This document shows positions 12,644-26,895 of a DNA stretch of 64,000 nt, piece by piece. Source of the DNA: Tubiluchus corallicola (lineage: Eukaryota; Animalia; Priapulida); assembly GCA_030141605.1 (NCBI GenBank), contig JAQGDQ010000492.1:1-64000 (forward strand), given 5' to 3'. The notes under the pieces were generated by a model that saw only the letters and a list, made by a program, of their open reading frames with translations, was not told the origin of the DNA and searched no databases. The number at the start of each line of letters is the position of its first letter. The first letter of the stretch is position 1. A program made the translations under genes and the position numbers.

Positions 12644-12861
12644 TATTCGCATAAATTGGTAAATTTTTTAAATAATTTACAATCTCAAGACTATTATTAA
12701 TGATGGGACAAACCCAAAATTAACTCTGGGTTCAAATCCAGATTGTATCATCAAAAATTACTTACTTTGTTCACCCTTTGTTTAATTTTATTTCAAAGTT
12801 TATTTAAAATTAGCATTTAATTAATTACTGTTATTTTGCAACTAACTAGAACATTGAAACT

Positions 12862-13280
12862 ATAATAGTGGTAGTACAACAGCACAGCACTGTCACATGA
12901 TAGTTTTAGTACAACAGCACTGTCACATAATAGTGGTAGTACAACAGCACTGTCACATAATAGTGGTAGTACAACAGCACTGTCACATAATAGTGGTAGT
13001 ACAACAGCACAGCACTGTCACATAATAGTGGTAGTACAACAGCACAGCACAGTCACATAATAGTGGTAGTACAACAGCACTGTCGCATAATAGTGGTAGT
13101 ACAACAGCACTGTCACATAATAGTGGTAGTACAACAGCACAACACTGACACATAATAGTGGTAGTACAACAGCACAGCACTGTCACATAATAGTGGTAGT
13201 ACAACAGCACTGTCACATAATAGTGGTAGAACAACAGCACTGTCACATAATAGTGGTAGTACAACAGCACAGCACTGCCA
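12862..13280. repeat. Minisatellite, 30/35-bp unit TGTCACATAATAGTGGTAGTACAACAGCAC(AGCAC)
   Basis: About 13 tandem units seen directly. Confidence 0.95.
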
Positions 13281-13319
13281 CAGTCTTTTCTAATTTGATC
13301 ATAATTCTAAGGCAATAAT

Positions 13320-13560
13320 TCAAGCAGCGGAGCAGCAGTAGTAGGAGCAACAACAGCAACAACAACAGCGACAACAAGAACAGCAACAGCAACAGCAACA
13401 GCAACGGCAGCAACCACGACAATATACAACAACAACAATAATAACATCAACAACAACAACAATAACAACAACAGCAACAACAACAGCGACAACAAGAACA
13501 ACAACAGTAGCAGCAACAGCAACGGCATTAACGACGACAATAACAACAACAACAGCAACG
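13320..13560. repeat. (CAA/CAG)n trinucleotide low-complexity tract
   Basis: Seen directly. Confidence 0.9.
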
Positions 13561-14024
13561 TGAAATAAAGCATTTCTGTAAATATAGAACAAGTACAAGC
13601 ATGTGAATAATGGCTTCAGTCTAAACACTAATTATCACTTCTGTTTTCTTGTTGTCAACATTTGTTTAACTATTCATGAACTTGCTAACTTTGTTCGCTT
13701 CTTTGCTTTTTATTTATGCGTTTCCATAAATTATTTGTTCACCATTCATTTATTTTGCTCAATTTTATTTATTTATTAATGCTTTTTTGTATCTCACTGG
13801 AAGTCTACATAAAATTACAAACGGACAGAGATCAGAGAATAAGAAGTTGAAAATACCCATAAGAATCAAAATTAGTAATAATTATCATTTGAATAAATAA
13901 AATTTGACTTGGACACATGAATTTATAATTCAAAATTCAATAATTCAATATTCAATATTTGCAATATTGTAGTTAAATAATAATTAGTTAATTAACTTAT
14001 TGTTCATTGCTCGTAAAAAGAAAT

Positions 14025-14180
<156 letters not shown>

Positions 14181-15292
14181 ATGCAATATTTGTAATTCAA
14201 AAATTGAATTTTAAGAATGAAGTGCTGTAGCTCATAGTAGAAAAACATTATAATTTATTTGTCGCTACTTATAGCTCTTGTTGGACCAGTGGCTCAGTTC
14301 AATGTCAAAATGTGTTAAGAACAAAGCAAGAACGCAAACGAATTAACATGTCACATAAAATATACAATGTAACGTAAAACCGTAATGTGTGCTTTAATGT
14401 AGGATGTGTCAAGATAGGAATAGATTTCACTACATTTTTATCTACTAACAAAAATTATTATTTATTGTATTACTATATATTTCTACTGCATGAAAATTTA
14501 AACTTTAAAAAGATTATTAGTTAAGATTAAATGACCTGAATCAACATAACGCCCAGATAACTAGGCCTCAATAAATAAAATAATAAACAAACGAAGGAAT
14601 AAATGATTTATTTATTTATTCTTTAAATAATAGTTGCTACATTTAAACTAATCTATACAATTAGATAAGCGTCACGAGTTTTAACAACATTTACTAAACG
14701 CCTCTTATTAGCTTAAATACCGTCCCACAAGACAATGATTTTAATGGCTGACTATTACAACAATTCGTTATTCAATTCAGTTCACATTTTTATTTTAGAC
14801 TTAAAATCCATATTAAGCACACAAATAACCTAAATAAAATAAGACATTAAGACTACATGTTAAAACACGAGAATTAATCTGGGCTGAGCGGTTAGTTCAA
14901 AATTTATTATAGTGTATGACCGTATGTAATTTACAACATTCTCAATGATCATATCTTCAGTTTCATTCACCAGTCGTATTTTCACAGCTCATTATCTTTT
15001 CTTTCTTTATTATTTTTAGTATTAGATTTGTATTAATTTTTAGTTTAGCACCGTCGACCAAGAATTATGACAGTTTAGTACTTACTTTTTGATTTGTTTT
15101 GTAATTACTTTTATTACTTATTATTTTTAGATTGTAATATAAATTTTAATTTTCTCTTTGTCTTTATTCACTATCTTTATTCTGATGTCACCTTCTTTGG
15201 ATGCAAAACAAGTGAAATAATTTTTGTAATCTTAATGTCAACATTGTCACTAATTATCACAATTCTTGTAACTCTGTTTTACAATCCTACAA

Positions 15293-15695
15293 TTAATTAA
15301 ATTTCGAAAGGCCTACAAAATTAGAAAGACAGGAAATGTGGTAAAGTTGCGATGCAGCCTGGATTTGAACCAGCGACCTTCTGTTTACATTGCAGACATC
15401 ATTGGTCCAGCATATCTCAAAGCAGTCCAAAGCTCATCTCAAAGTCGTCTGTAGCTTTAGGTCCAATCAAGGTTCTGTCGTCATAGAGTACGTGATCTAA
15501 CACTGAAGATACTCCGAATTTGGTTGACCAGCTACAACGGAGGAACTTTAGACTGTGTTGACCATTTGAATGTGCGATGGTCTAGTCGCTGAAGCATCTG
15601 CAATCTAAGCAGAACGTGCCTGGTTTAAATTCAGGCTGCATTCCGACTTTTTTCACATTAGCTGTCTTTCAAGTTTGTTATCAAAATTTAATTAA
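15293..15695. repeat. Inverted (divergent) pair of tRNA-derived SINE-like sequences
   Basis: 15293-15410 is the diverged reverse complement of ~15590-15695. B-box-like GGTTCAAATCC on the minus strand (~15361-15371); A-box-like TGGTCTAGTCG and B-box-like GGTTTAAATTC on the plus strand. Confidence 0.55.
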
Positions 15696-16696
15696 TCTTG
15701 GATTTGCATAATTGTTATTTCTAACGTTACTGGCAATTTGGTGACGACAAGAAGCAACATGGAGAGTCGGTTTGTCAGCTATAGGCAAGTAAAATGTACT
15801 GCAGCTGTATAGGAGAACCACTAAGCACTTAATTACTAGCTTACGAAAATGAACTGCTTGAAAAGTTTCTTTTTACCATTAATTTTTTCATAAAAAATTA
15901 ACAACAGTTGCAACAGAAACCAAATGACAATTTGATTTCTCAGCCTGCAGTTTAGGAGAACTTTGGAGACATCAAACTTGGCTTCATAAGTCTACTGTCG
16001 TGAATTACACATGTCTTCTGCGCTCTTTTCTTTATATAGCCATGCAGCGATTATAGCCTTTACATTAGAGATAGATGGCAGCACAAGAAAATGCCAACAA
16101 ACTGCAAATGTCGATTAAAAAATTCTCTACTTTATCACAAGGTTAAGAATGAATAAGCCTTTTCACAGTTCCAGCGTTTGATGATGATCGTGAAAAGGTC
16201 AAAGGTTAAGTGAACTACACAACGCATTTTTGACAACGCCTCGCAGCCCAAGCTATTGTAATAGCAACAGATTTAACAGCTAGCTAGAACCTTACCTAGT
16301 TCATTTTTTCTTGTTCCCAAACAAGATCCTGCTAGTAGATCACTCTATGCACAGACTAATGCATAATTAATTAAAGCCCAAGTAAAACAACTGAAGTTGC
16401 AGACGGCTTCGCTTTTCCCACATGTCACATGACGGTTATGGTTAAGACTCATTCCTGAGGTACGCTTAACCTTTGACCTACATGAACTGCGCATGCGCAT
16501 AACGAAGCTGTGAAAAGGAAGAATTAGGGACGAGGAATTAACTGCAAGGAAAAGGGAACATTATATTAACGAGGAGCTTATGAAAGGCCCTGAGTATAAT
16601 TTTTTATGATAGTGGTTACAATGTCAGCATAACGATAATTGTTAAACTTGAAATATCTTTTGCAGATAAAACGTTTCGGAAGCCGATCTGCTGATC

Positions 16697-19087
16697 ATGC
16701 CTCACACAGGTATGCAAATTGCTATAAGATATAGAACATGAAAACTATGAAATATTTGAAATCAGAAATGGTGTTTAACTTTCTACGAAGGAGTTAAAGG
16801 AAAGGCAATAACTTAGCAATTGTGAAATTAGTCAATTTGTAGTCACATATGACTACTGATAGACTAGTTACACGTGGCTGCGACACCCCTCGTTTTTCCT
16901 AAAAATCTGCAGCAGCAGACAATGACGAAATGTATTTGTATCTTATGGCTAAACGGTTTAGAAAATGTCCTAGAATTTGCAATAAACTAGTAGCTTTCAT
17001 AGTAGCTTTGAAAGTGTGATTTTGCACCTATGTCTTTCGCTTACTATTAGATTATATTGCAAAGAAGTTTTCCTTTTATATTCTCAAAATATAATAATGA
17101 AGCAATGAGTTTCTTGAATACAACTCAAATAGATCTAATAGGAGAATCAAGATAGTTTTTAGAATCAGTGTGAGCGGTGGCAGCAGTATTTATTGTTGAT
17201 ATAGTTCATTGGCTTAAACAAAATCTGAAGTTAATTTCGCTTTACCATTTTACATCAAATATTAATGGGTTTTACAAGCGTTGCCCAGTGACTATTTATC
17301 TAAGGTTAATGTCAACTTATTGCTCATCCAAAGTCAAGGTCTAGTTACTATTCGTGACAACCTACAGGTCAAGCGGGGGTCAATCAACTAGGTGGTGTGT
17401 TCGTCAACGGCCGGCCACTGCCCGAGTACATTCGGCGCCGCATAGTGGAGCTAGCATCGATGGGTGTGAGACCATGTGACATTTCACGCCAACTGCTTGT
17501 CTCACATGGATGTGTGAGTAAGATCCTCACGAGATATTATGAGACGGGTTCGATTAAGCCAGGAGCGATTGGGGGCAGCAAGCCCAAGGTGCGGGTAAAT
17601 ATCCTTTTTCTTTCTCAATTATATGGCTACGTCTACCTGTCAAAATCTATCCTCTTTTCTGAATTTGTCTCTGTTGTCTGTCTCCCTCTTTCTTTTCCCT
17701 TCTCTCTCTCTCTCTCTCTCTTTCTATCTATCTACCAGTCCGTTTAACTATTTATAGATTTATAGTTCTTTCTTTTATCACCCTGTCTCTGTCGATCTGT
17801 TTGTCTCTTGTTTTTTTTGGTTGTTCGTCCGTCTATCTTTCTCTCCGTTTGTCACCTGAATCTTGTTATCCTTTTTATCGTTTGCTAACTTTATCTGAGA
17901 GTAAGCTCTCCAGACGCAATTAAGCTTAGTTTAACTTCATTTATTTATTTGACAAAACAGCCTCGAGCTGAGTGCGTGAAACATTTTTTATGTATATAAA
18001 TTGTCTAAGTAAGTGGGAGTAAAACTTGAAGGTAGCAATTTGCCGTCTTAATAAGAACAGACTGTTCAGTGTGAGTAAACAGGCTCAAAGTAACTAAACT
18101 GGTTCTGTGGGATTCTGCGCTTCGTAACAACGACAACGACAGTGATAGTGGCAACCACAACATGACAACGCTTTAAGACATTGGCAACGACAACGTGACA
18201 ACGACAATGTCCAATGACAACGACAATGACAACTACAACGACAACGGCAAAAAAAACAACAACTGAACCTGGTGATGGTGGTGGTGTTGGTGGTGGAAGT
18301 AGTGGTAGAAGTAGACTTGCTACTGCTACTGCTGCTGCTGCTGCTGCTGCTACTACTACTACTACTATTACTACTACTACTGCTAGGTCTATTACTACTG
18401 TTGCTGCTGCTGCTGCTGCTGCTGCTACCACTACTTACCACTACCATTTAATATTATTAATAAATTTTTCTGGGCACCTGTAAAACGAACAACAAAGCAA
18501 ATTAAAATATACAGTCAAAATACATACACATACAAACTGCAAAACCAATTGACAATAACGAAAGCAGAAAGAGAAGCCAATCATTGCTCGTTGACACGTG
18601 ACACAAGTGAACATAAACATTCTTAATTTTAAATTTTAAAATGTTTTTCTAGGTAGCAACGCCTCTGGTAGTCAGAAAGATTTTACAGTTAAAACAGGAG
18701 AATCCGACCATCTTCGCATGGGAAATTAGAGACATCCTCCTCCTCCAGCGTGTCTGCGATGAACAGACAATTCCCAGTGTCTCCTCTATCAACCGGATCC
18801 TCCGCAACAGCACCAGCCTGTTGAATCAGCTCCAGAACAGGGCAACCTTGTTTCCGTATCCTGTTCCTGTTTTTCCAGTTTCTTTGGATCGGTTGTGCCA
18901 CGTTCAATTTTCTCCGCACCTGTTTCCACAAAACATAGACGGTTTGGTAGTGCTTCAAGAAGCCGACCACAAGATGGCGTCACATAATGTTAAGTTCTCG
19001 TTTAATGCTGATGACGTACACAAAGTGAAGAAAACAGGTCCTAGCGAATCTGAACGAGATGAGGAAACTTTAGGCAAAGCAGCATGA
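16697..19087 (+). CDS. Poxn: Pox neuro-class paired-box transcription factor, 222 aa; exons 16697-16709, 17368-17588, 18653-19087
   Basis: Spliced with GT-AG introns (phases 1 and 0) it reads [105 protein letters not shown]...[12 protein letters not shown]. The [14 protein letters not shown] start and RQLLVSHGC are characteristic of Pox neuro. 669 nt in frame to TGA; no homeodomain. Confidence 0.92.
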
Positions 19088-20108
19088 AAATTAAATTAAA
19101 ATTGTAAAAAAATGGTCGCTTCATTAATGTTGTTTATTATTTAAGAGTTCATCTAAACAACAAGTGTAGTTAAAAAACATACTGCTGTGAAAAAGAGACA
19201 TTACGTTACTAGGAAGTTTGTTGTGTTGTGACTATAATTACAAATAACTTGAGCGAGAATCAAGTCATGTTTTAATAAAAAGCGTCTAATTAGGGCAATC
19301 AAGCAAACATTTAAGAAGAAATATGTACCAAACTGGAAATTAATATTTCCTGTTAAGCAAAAATGATGATAGAACCAATATCGTAATTATAAAATACTGC
19401 ATATTTAAACGCGAATTAAGTCAGAAATTCCAAGAATGCCTTAATTTGCTTTTGCAAAATTTCGAATCTGTTCGCATATATTAGCTATCGAAATAGGAAG
19501 GCATTGTAAGCCAGAAAGCTTCCTGTTAATCAACGTTAATGTGCGCATTGTAAAGAATCAGCCGTCTAAAACGAGCAGCGTTTCCTAATCGGGAAAAATA
19601 TGAAGTTGATAGCGAAAAGCTTTCACTGATATTTCAAGCATTTGCCACGACTTGTTAATTACAAGTAACTTTGTGAATTATTTGTTTTTGTCTGAAGATC
19701 AAGAAGTTTATTAACTGTTTGTGATTTAATGTTTTCTATAGAAGAGGAACCTGTAAATATTTATACATTATTTTGTTAATTTTTTTATCTCTTTAAATTC
19801 CTGCCAATGCATGTTGGTCTATGAGTTGTATATCGTTTTTACTTTTACTTGTGTTTGGTAGGTATGAAATCATCTCGGTGTCTTGTAAATGTTCGTCCAA
19901 TAAATTATGAAATTACGAAAGTATCAATACTTTTCCTTGATTAGCTGGCACTAACGATATCCTTAATTGAGTGTGACTGCCAGACTGTTTATGAACCACT
20001 GCAGTTTATATTTAAAAATAATTACTAATTGCTAATAATGAGTTGGTGTAAGAATGGAGAAGCTGAAAAATGTGGACTAGTCAGCGTCCCTTTTCTTTGT
20101 CATACTGA

Positions 20109-20282
20109 CAAGGCTGGCAGTACGGCACGGTACGAAACAAATACCGTACTTCGTACCTGTAAAAAATACAAAACCGCAATTTCGTACCGTACCTGCAAAA
20201 TCGAATTTTACCGTAGTAGTACGATAAAATACCGTACCGTAATTCCAAGAATTTTTCCGAAAGTACCGTACTGCCAGCCCTC
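20109..20282. mobile_element. Short MITE
   Basis: TIRs GGCTGGCAGTACGG / CCGTACTGCCAGCC with internal TACCGTAC repeats; TSD unclear. Confidence 0.6.
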
Positions 20283-21007
20283 CTACTCATTTGTCGAGAA
20301 CAAGACTAAAATCTAGTATCATGTCGAAACTTGAACTTAGTTTTTGGTTCATTTGTATTTTGCTCAGATAAGAAGGGAGAGGCGTTGAATCAAACTAAAT
20401 GTACCTAAACAGTTGTCCTCGAAAATGTTTATCATTAATATCTGTTTTCCAATTTGGTGATTTCTGTATATAGTGAATGAAACGAAAACATCGTGATGTA
20501 CTTATTTACAATTCACAAGCATATCAACTTCATAACATTCTCAATATTTCCTGTAAATACAATATAAGGTTAGGAAACGTCAGTTCGTTTTACAATTTCA
20601 ATATAATTATCATTTCTAGGAAACTCATTCCTTGTAACAGGGAGAAACTACACTCCTTCCTTTTTACTGGGTTAACTTAACGGGAAAACGGCTTTACTAC
20701 ATGGGGGAAAGAACTACATTCCCTATAGCATTTTGGGGAGAAACGTGCAACGTCTACTTGACGGCAGATCAATCTCTTAATTTCTGCCACAGTTTATGCC
20801 AAACCCTATTCATTTCATTCAACACGCATTAAGCAACTAATGAGGCGCAAAATCAAATTTTCTATTTAAATACGTACACAACGGAACTACAGAAGTACTT
20901 TATACATAATTTCGTACGTACTTCACGAGGCAAATTCTTATATTGCTACTCGGAAATTTATTTCTGACATCATTACCCGCAGTTAGTATTTATTGTTAGA
21001 AGTAAAC

Positions 21008-21100
21008 GGCAACGGTTTGTAAGCTCCTTGGCAACGGTTTGTAAACTCCTTGGCAACGGTTTGTAAACTCCTTGGCAACGGTTTGTAAACTCCTTGGCAA
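21008..21100. repeat. 22-bp tandem repeat x4 (GGCAACGGTTTGTAAACTCCTT)
   Basis: Seen directly. Confidence 0.9.
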
Positions 21101-21447
21101 TCAAAGTCATAATCTGGTTAATTAATTATGTAGCTGCTTCCATAACTAGTTACCAACGACAGAAAGATATCACTTTGCATGTTAGCTGGGATACGGACAG
21201 ACATTAAAATTAGAATTTAAATATTTCAAAAGATTTTTTGAGAGTTTAGATATCAAAACTCTAAGAGTTCAGATAAAAAAGTGTTTCCAGTAAACTTGAT
21301 TTTATTATTCAAGAATGAGAATAAAAATGTGCAAAAGTAATGAGTATTTCAATTTTAGTTATGAAAAAAAATTGTTCAGGTTTTTCAAGTAGTTGGTTGG
21401 AAAGAGTGTGGGATTTTAGAGAATTTATGTACTGACTGACTGACGGA

Positions 21448-21925
21448 TTCACTCACTCATTCACTCACTCACTCACTCACTCACTCACTCACTCACTCAC
21501 TCACTCACTCACTCACTCACTCACTCACTCACTCACTCACTCACTCACTCACTCACTCACTCACTCACTCACTCACTCACTCACTCACTCACTCACTCAC
21601 TCACTCACTCACTCACTCACTCACTCACTCACTCACTCACTCACTCACTCACTCACTCACTCACTCACTCACTCATTCACTCACTCACTCACTTATTTTC
21701 TTACTTACGTGCTTGCTTGCTTGTTTGCTTGCTTACTTGCTTACTTGCTTACTTGCTTACTTGCTTACTTGTTTACTTGCTTACTTGCTTACTTGCTTAC
21801 TTGCTTACTTGCTTACTTGCTTACTTGCTTACTTGCTTACTTGCTTACTTGCTTACTTGCTTACTTGCTTACTTGCTTACTTGCTTACTTGTTTACTTGT
21901 TTACTTACTTACTTACTTGCTCACT
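21448..21925. repeat. Compound microsatellite: (TCAC)n followed by (TTACTTGC)n
   Basis: Seen directly. Confidence 0.95.
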
Positions 21926-22677
21926 GACTAACTCGTCACGTAGGACATTGTCATTGTTGATGAAAATTCATATCCAAAAAAACGCACTATAGCAAATGAA
22001 CTGGCTACTTAAAAGTAATTCATTGGAAGCCACTTATTTTTTAAATTTGCACTAATGGTATTACTTGTTTATTATTCAGGATACTAATTTCAGTACACTA
22101 ATTAGACTACATGATACAAATTTTTTCTACATTGACAATGCTCTACGTAGAGCAAAATGTTTGTTAAATGAAGAAAGTTGTTCACCTACTATTACAGCTT
22201 TAAAATTTATATGTGACATATCAAACTTTATTTAAAAATACCAAAAGCACCAAACGATCTCTATGCAAACAAATGAACAGCGCACTATTATCAGGCAAAC
22301 TACTGCATCAAGGTAATTACTATTTCAACCCGGTAAATTCGATCAAGTAGCGGAACAATCAAGAAACACCTGCCCGTTGCACTCGCTTCATTAATCTAAT
22401 CTGTCACCGTTTCCGTTTCGTATTTTACGATTACCCGCGCAGGCGACGCGGGTATAATGATTTCTGGTCGTAAAAGGGTAGCAGTTTCCTAATGCAGCTC
22501 TTCTCCAGACAGTATATTCAAATCAGTGAGGCCTGCAATTTGTTTAAGACTTTAAGTACTCTAGTCAGCAAGAAAAGTATAGGTCAAATTAAAGACCCCG
22601 CTAATTGAATTTGTTGTAATATTGTTTCAATTGTAGGCCTGGATGAGTAGAATTATTATGTGCACGCACGCACGCAC

Positions 22678-23025
<348 letters not shown>

Positions 23026-23764
23026 GCACTCTAAAATCTCTACTTATATAAAAAGTACAACAAGCTTCCATTTGCAGGAAAAATTGAGCATGGACATAAA
23101 CAGACATCAAATATAGGCTCACGTAGTGTAAAGTTGGTTAATGTCGGACAGTGAGTTTCAGGCTTTACTAAAAATGTCAAAAAAGTTTATAAACTGTCAA
23201 TTTTTCCTCTTTTTTATCTGTAAAGGAAAGGAAAAAGATGTCGTCTATAACTCGATATGACATTGTTATTATTTTTCCAAAGCGAGCCACAAGCGTTTAC
23301 AAGGACATTGTCAGGCGTTGGGCCATTTTATATATAAAGCGCACGCGAAAAACTAAAAATGCAGAAAAGTTTATGTACAATATTTTATTTGCAGTTTACA
23401 TACAGAAATCGAATTTGGGCATTTTATGCGAGAGCGAATCAACTATTTTTATAAGTTACCAGATAGATAGAATACGTTATTACACTGAAATCTGACATGC
23501 ATAATTACTTAAATGCCCTGCAATAGGTAAGCTGCGTTACAAGGTTCTATTACAAGTTATAGTAAATATTATAGTTTAGTAAAAATATTTATATTAAATT
23601 TTAATATTGAAACAACTTTTATGAGATTTCGATGTACAGCACGTATACTTTATTGTATTTCTCACTTTTCAATTCCGTTTTATCGTGTTATATTCGCTCT
23701 TATAGTATTTTTCTCTCAGTCTCTTTCATTTACTGTTTACCTTTTTTGTACAAAAAACTAAAAT

Positions 23765-24118
23765 TTGATTGACTGATTGATTCATTGATTGACTGACTGA
23801 CTGACTGACTGACTGACTGACTGACTGACTGACTGACTGACTGACTGACTGACTGACTGACTGACTGACTGACTGACTGACTGACTGACTGACTGACTGA
23901 CTGACTGACTGACTGACTGACTGACTGACTGACTGACTGACTGACTGACTGACTGACTGACTGACTGACTGACTGACTGACTGACTGACTGACTGACTGA
24001 CTGACTGACTGACTGACTGACTGACTGACTGACTGGACTACTTACTGACTGACTGACTGACTGACTGACTGACTGACTGACTGACTGACTGACTGACTGA
24101 CTGACTGACTGACTGACT
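23765..24118. repeat. (TGAC)n microsatellite
   Basis: Seen directly. Confidence 0.95.
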
Positions 24119-24336
24119 AAAAGATGTTCTAATAGTTGTACGTTATGTGCTTTTATTCTAATTCAGAGAAACCCAGAGATAGTTCTGTGAAAGAATAAGG
24201 ACTTATAGGGCTGCCACGTCATAATAAAAGGAAACTTACGTGAAACAAAACATTGGTTGCCTAGTAGCTAAAATCGTGGTCATCATGCGACCGGGAACTT
24301 AGGCTTTGTCAAAAAAACAGCGTGAGATTATCTACC

Positions 24337-25918
24337 ATGAAAGATGTAGGCTTATGGTTGCTGAAACTTACAGCCACCTTTCGAGTTGTGATAGTCTTTG
24401 CTGGGAAAGAAGGGACAATTCTAGAAAAATATTGGCAGCAGGAAAGAGCTGTAATTGGAATCTATACAAATTCGTCAACTGATGGCAAGTTGGTTGTTAG
24501 CGGCCAAAATTTTACGATTTTTAGCAAACCACTAAGATTCTTCGAAGACTCAGTAAAAAAGCAGAAACGAATGGCCTAGCACACTTGAGATACCGCAAGT
24601 AAAAGGTTACACAATCGTCTTTAGCATAGAGTTTATGCATCTGGACTGTCCAAACGATTTTGTTTTCATTCGTCGTCAGGTAAACACTGGTGATAACCAA
24701 CTGGTTGACGGCAACCCTAAATTTGTGTGCAGAAATATTTTGCAGACATCCTTGTATTATCCACCTAATTCCAAGTTTAATTCAATTGCTATTAGTTTTC
24801 ATTCAGATGGGAAGCTGACCTATCATACAGGTTTTCGTATAGCGGTGGATTACTTTATGTTACCGTCCGTGTGTACGCCTGCTTATTGTGCTGATAGCAG
24901 CACCTGTCAGGTAACACAATCTGATGACATAACGTATCCAGTATGTAGCTGCCAGCCCGGTTTTGTTGGGGCATTTTGCGAGAAAAATCGTGCCCAAAGG
25001 ATAAGCAATGCTATGATGTAACAAATGGCTACTATTTTTATTGTCCTCTTGGCTTCTTCGGAAAACACTGTGAATTTAATGAGGATGAGTGGGCCTCTAG
25101 TCCATGTCTAAATTGTGGCAGCTGCATAAACGATATCGCTGAGTATAGTTGTAGCTGCATGCTAGGATTTACTGGCTTACAGTGTCAAACAAACATCAGT
25201 GAATGCCAAGCGGAAATTAGCAGTCCTTGTTTGAACAATGCAACATGTAGTGATGGCATCAATACTCTCACGTGTTTACGCCCTATTGGTAGGGGCCAAA
25301 CTGCGAAACAAACATTGACGACTGCGAGCTGCATAGGCCTTGCAGAAACGGTGCTACTTGCATTGATGAGGTGAACACCTGCAGTTGCATCTGTGCGGCT
25401 GGTTTTGCGGGTAGAAACTGCAAGATCAACATTGACGATTGCATGTCCAGTCCATGTTGGAACGCTGGCGAATGCATTGATGGCATCACTTCTTACACAT
25501 GTCTGTGCACGAAGATGTACACTGGTGTACGCTGTGAGCTGCCGCTACCTGAGTCAATGAAACCAGCAAAAATGTGTCCAGTTCACGAACTTTCATTTGG
25601 ACAATGTCCTCCAAAGAGGTGTACCCAAGATGCTGATTGCTTGTCATCAGAAAAGTGCTGCAATTTGAGGAACTGTGGTGTGGTGCGCACATCTGAAGAA
25701 TCCCAGCCGTGGGTTGGAAAGCATTGTTGCAGGCTAATAAGGCCAAAATAGGGAAAACAGGTGCAGTTGCAATTATGGCATTTCTTGCTGTGATCGTTGC
25801 ACTTATGTTTTTCAACTTTATGGCAATGCTGCTCATATCACGTAGACGTTCAACTGTGAACAGGTGCCAGAAGTGCACGTCGGGATTTTGGAATTGTTTT
25901 AGACATTGTCCGTCTTAG
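24337..25918 (+). pseudogene. EGF cluster gene B: frameshifted pseudogene (signal peptide + CUB-like + ~6 EGF + WAP-like + TM)
   Basis: ORF pieces 24322, 24635, 24976, 25371 and 25709 join into a paralog most like gene C (EWPSTLEI..IVFSIEFMHLDCPNDFV..FHSDGKLTYHTGF). Frameshifts near 24550, 24990, 25290 and 25715; several structural Cys are lost (DEWASSP, GVVR). Confidence 0.85.
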
Positions 25919-26895
25919 TTGATACCTAACGATTAATTTCTTTGCACTCTTTTGTAAAACTTTTTGCATGTTAAAACTACAAATTTTAAATTAAAGCAAG
26001 TTAGTTTATTCTTAACTAGCTTTGTAAATGGTATTTTGAATAGTACTTGTTGTGTTACACTTTTGTCAATTTAGCTATGATAAAAACGACATTTTGTGTT
26101 AAAGGAAGAAACTTGTGCCAGATTCTTGAGAACTTACAAAAAACAAATGATTTTGTATGCTATGTGGGATAATGGTTGAACACCAAAGTTTTCTGTACGA
26201 TAAAAACTAATATAGAAGTTAGTCGTGACAGTTTACACGACATACAATCCTACATTTTATGTTAAAAGATTTAACACCAGGTAAAATACTTTAAATGTTG
26301 TCCTTTACAATCATTTTATGTTCTCTCAAAATTTTGCAACACGAGATCAGGCATTTTAAGGAGATGTGTGCAGCTAACAGCCTAGCATCAACAAGTGGGG
26401 TCTTGCTGTGTCTTGGAAGGTTGAACAACGCAGATGATGATGAAGATGACGAAACAATAGCTTTGCAAAAATCAACTACATTTATTACGCAACAAAGGTT
26501 AAAATGAGAACTTGTGCTTAGCAACGCATTTGAATGAATTCTGAGAGATATTAGAATGAACTGTTTAATGATTCGTAAGGAGACCCTGCTGCTTTCTCAC
26601 AAATAGAAACTAATCAGGATTCAGACTGCTAAAGTTTTATATTGTAAAATAATTATTGTTTAGCCGCTCCTGTGACTGACGCATCTGTTTGCGCTTCGGG
26701 TGAGTTTTTTCGTATTTGCATTAAATATTACGGCAACAGTAAAAGTGAAATTTTTGTAATTACTTTCATAATTTTGATGCTAAAGATTTTTTTAATGTTG
26801 CCACAGCGAAATGGCGCAGGAAAAAATTGCACAAATGGAAAGCAGCAAAAATGGCAAATATATTATTTTGATGCAATTTGTTTTCTATAATAAAA

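Noticed and set aside
15340-15650. Functional tRNA genes
   Set aside because: A/B-box-like motifs are present but no intact cloverleaf can be drawn; treated as SINE-like.
17589-17747. Continuation of the paired-box ORF ([10 protein letters not shown]...)
   Set aside because: Intron read-through past the donor at 17589; the paired domain resumes at 18653.
22430-22456. GC-rich hairpin TACCCGCG...CGCGGGTA as a terminator or ncRNA
   Set aside because: More likely a Helitron/HINE end remnant; no other support.
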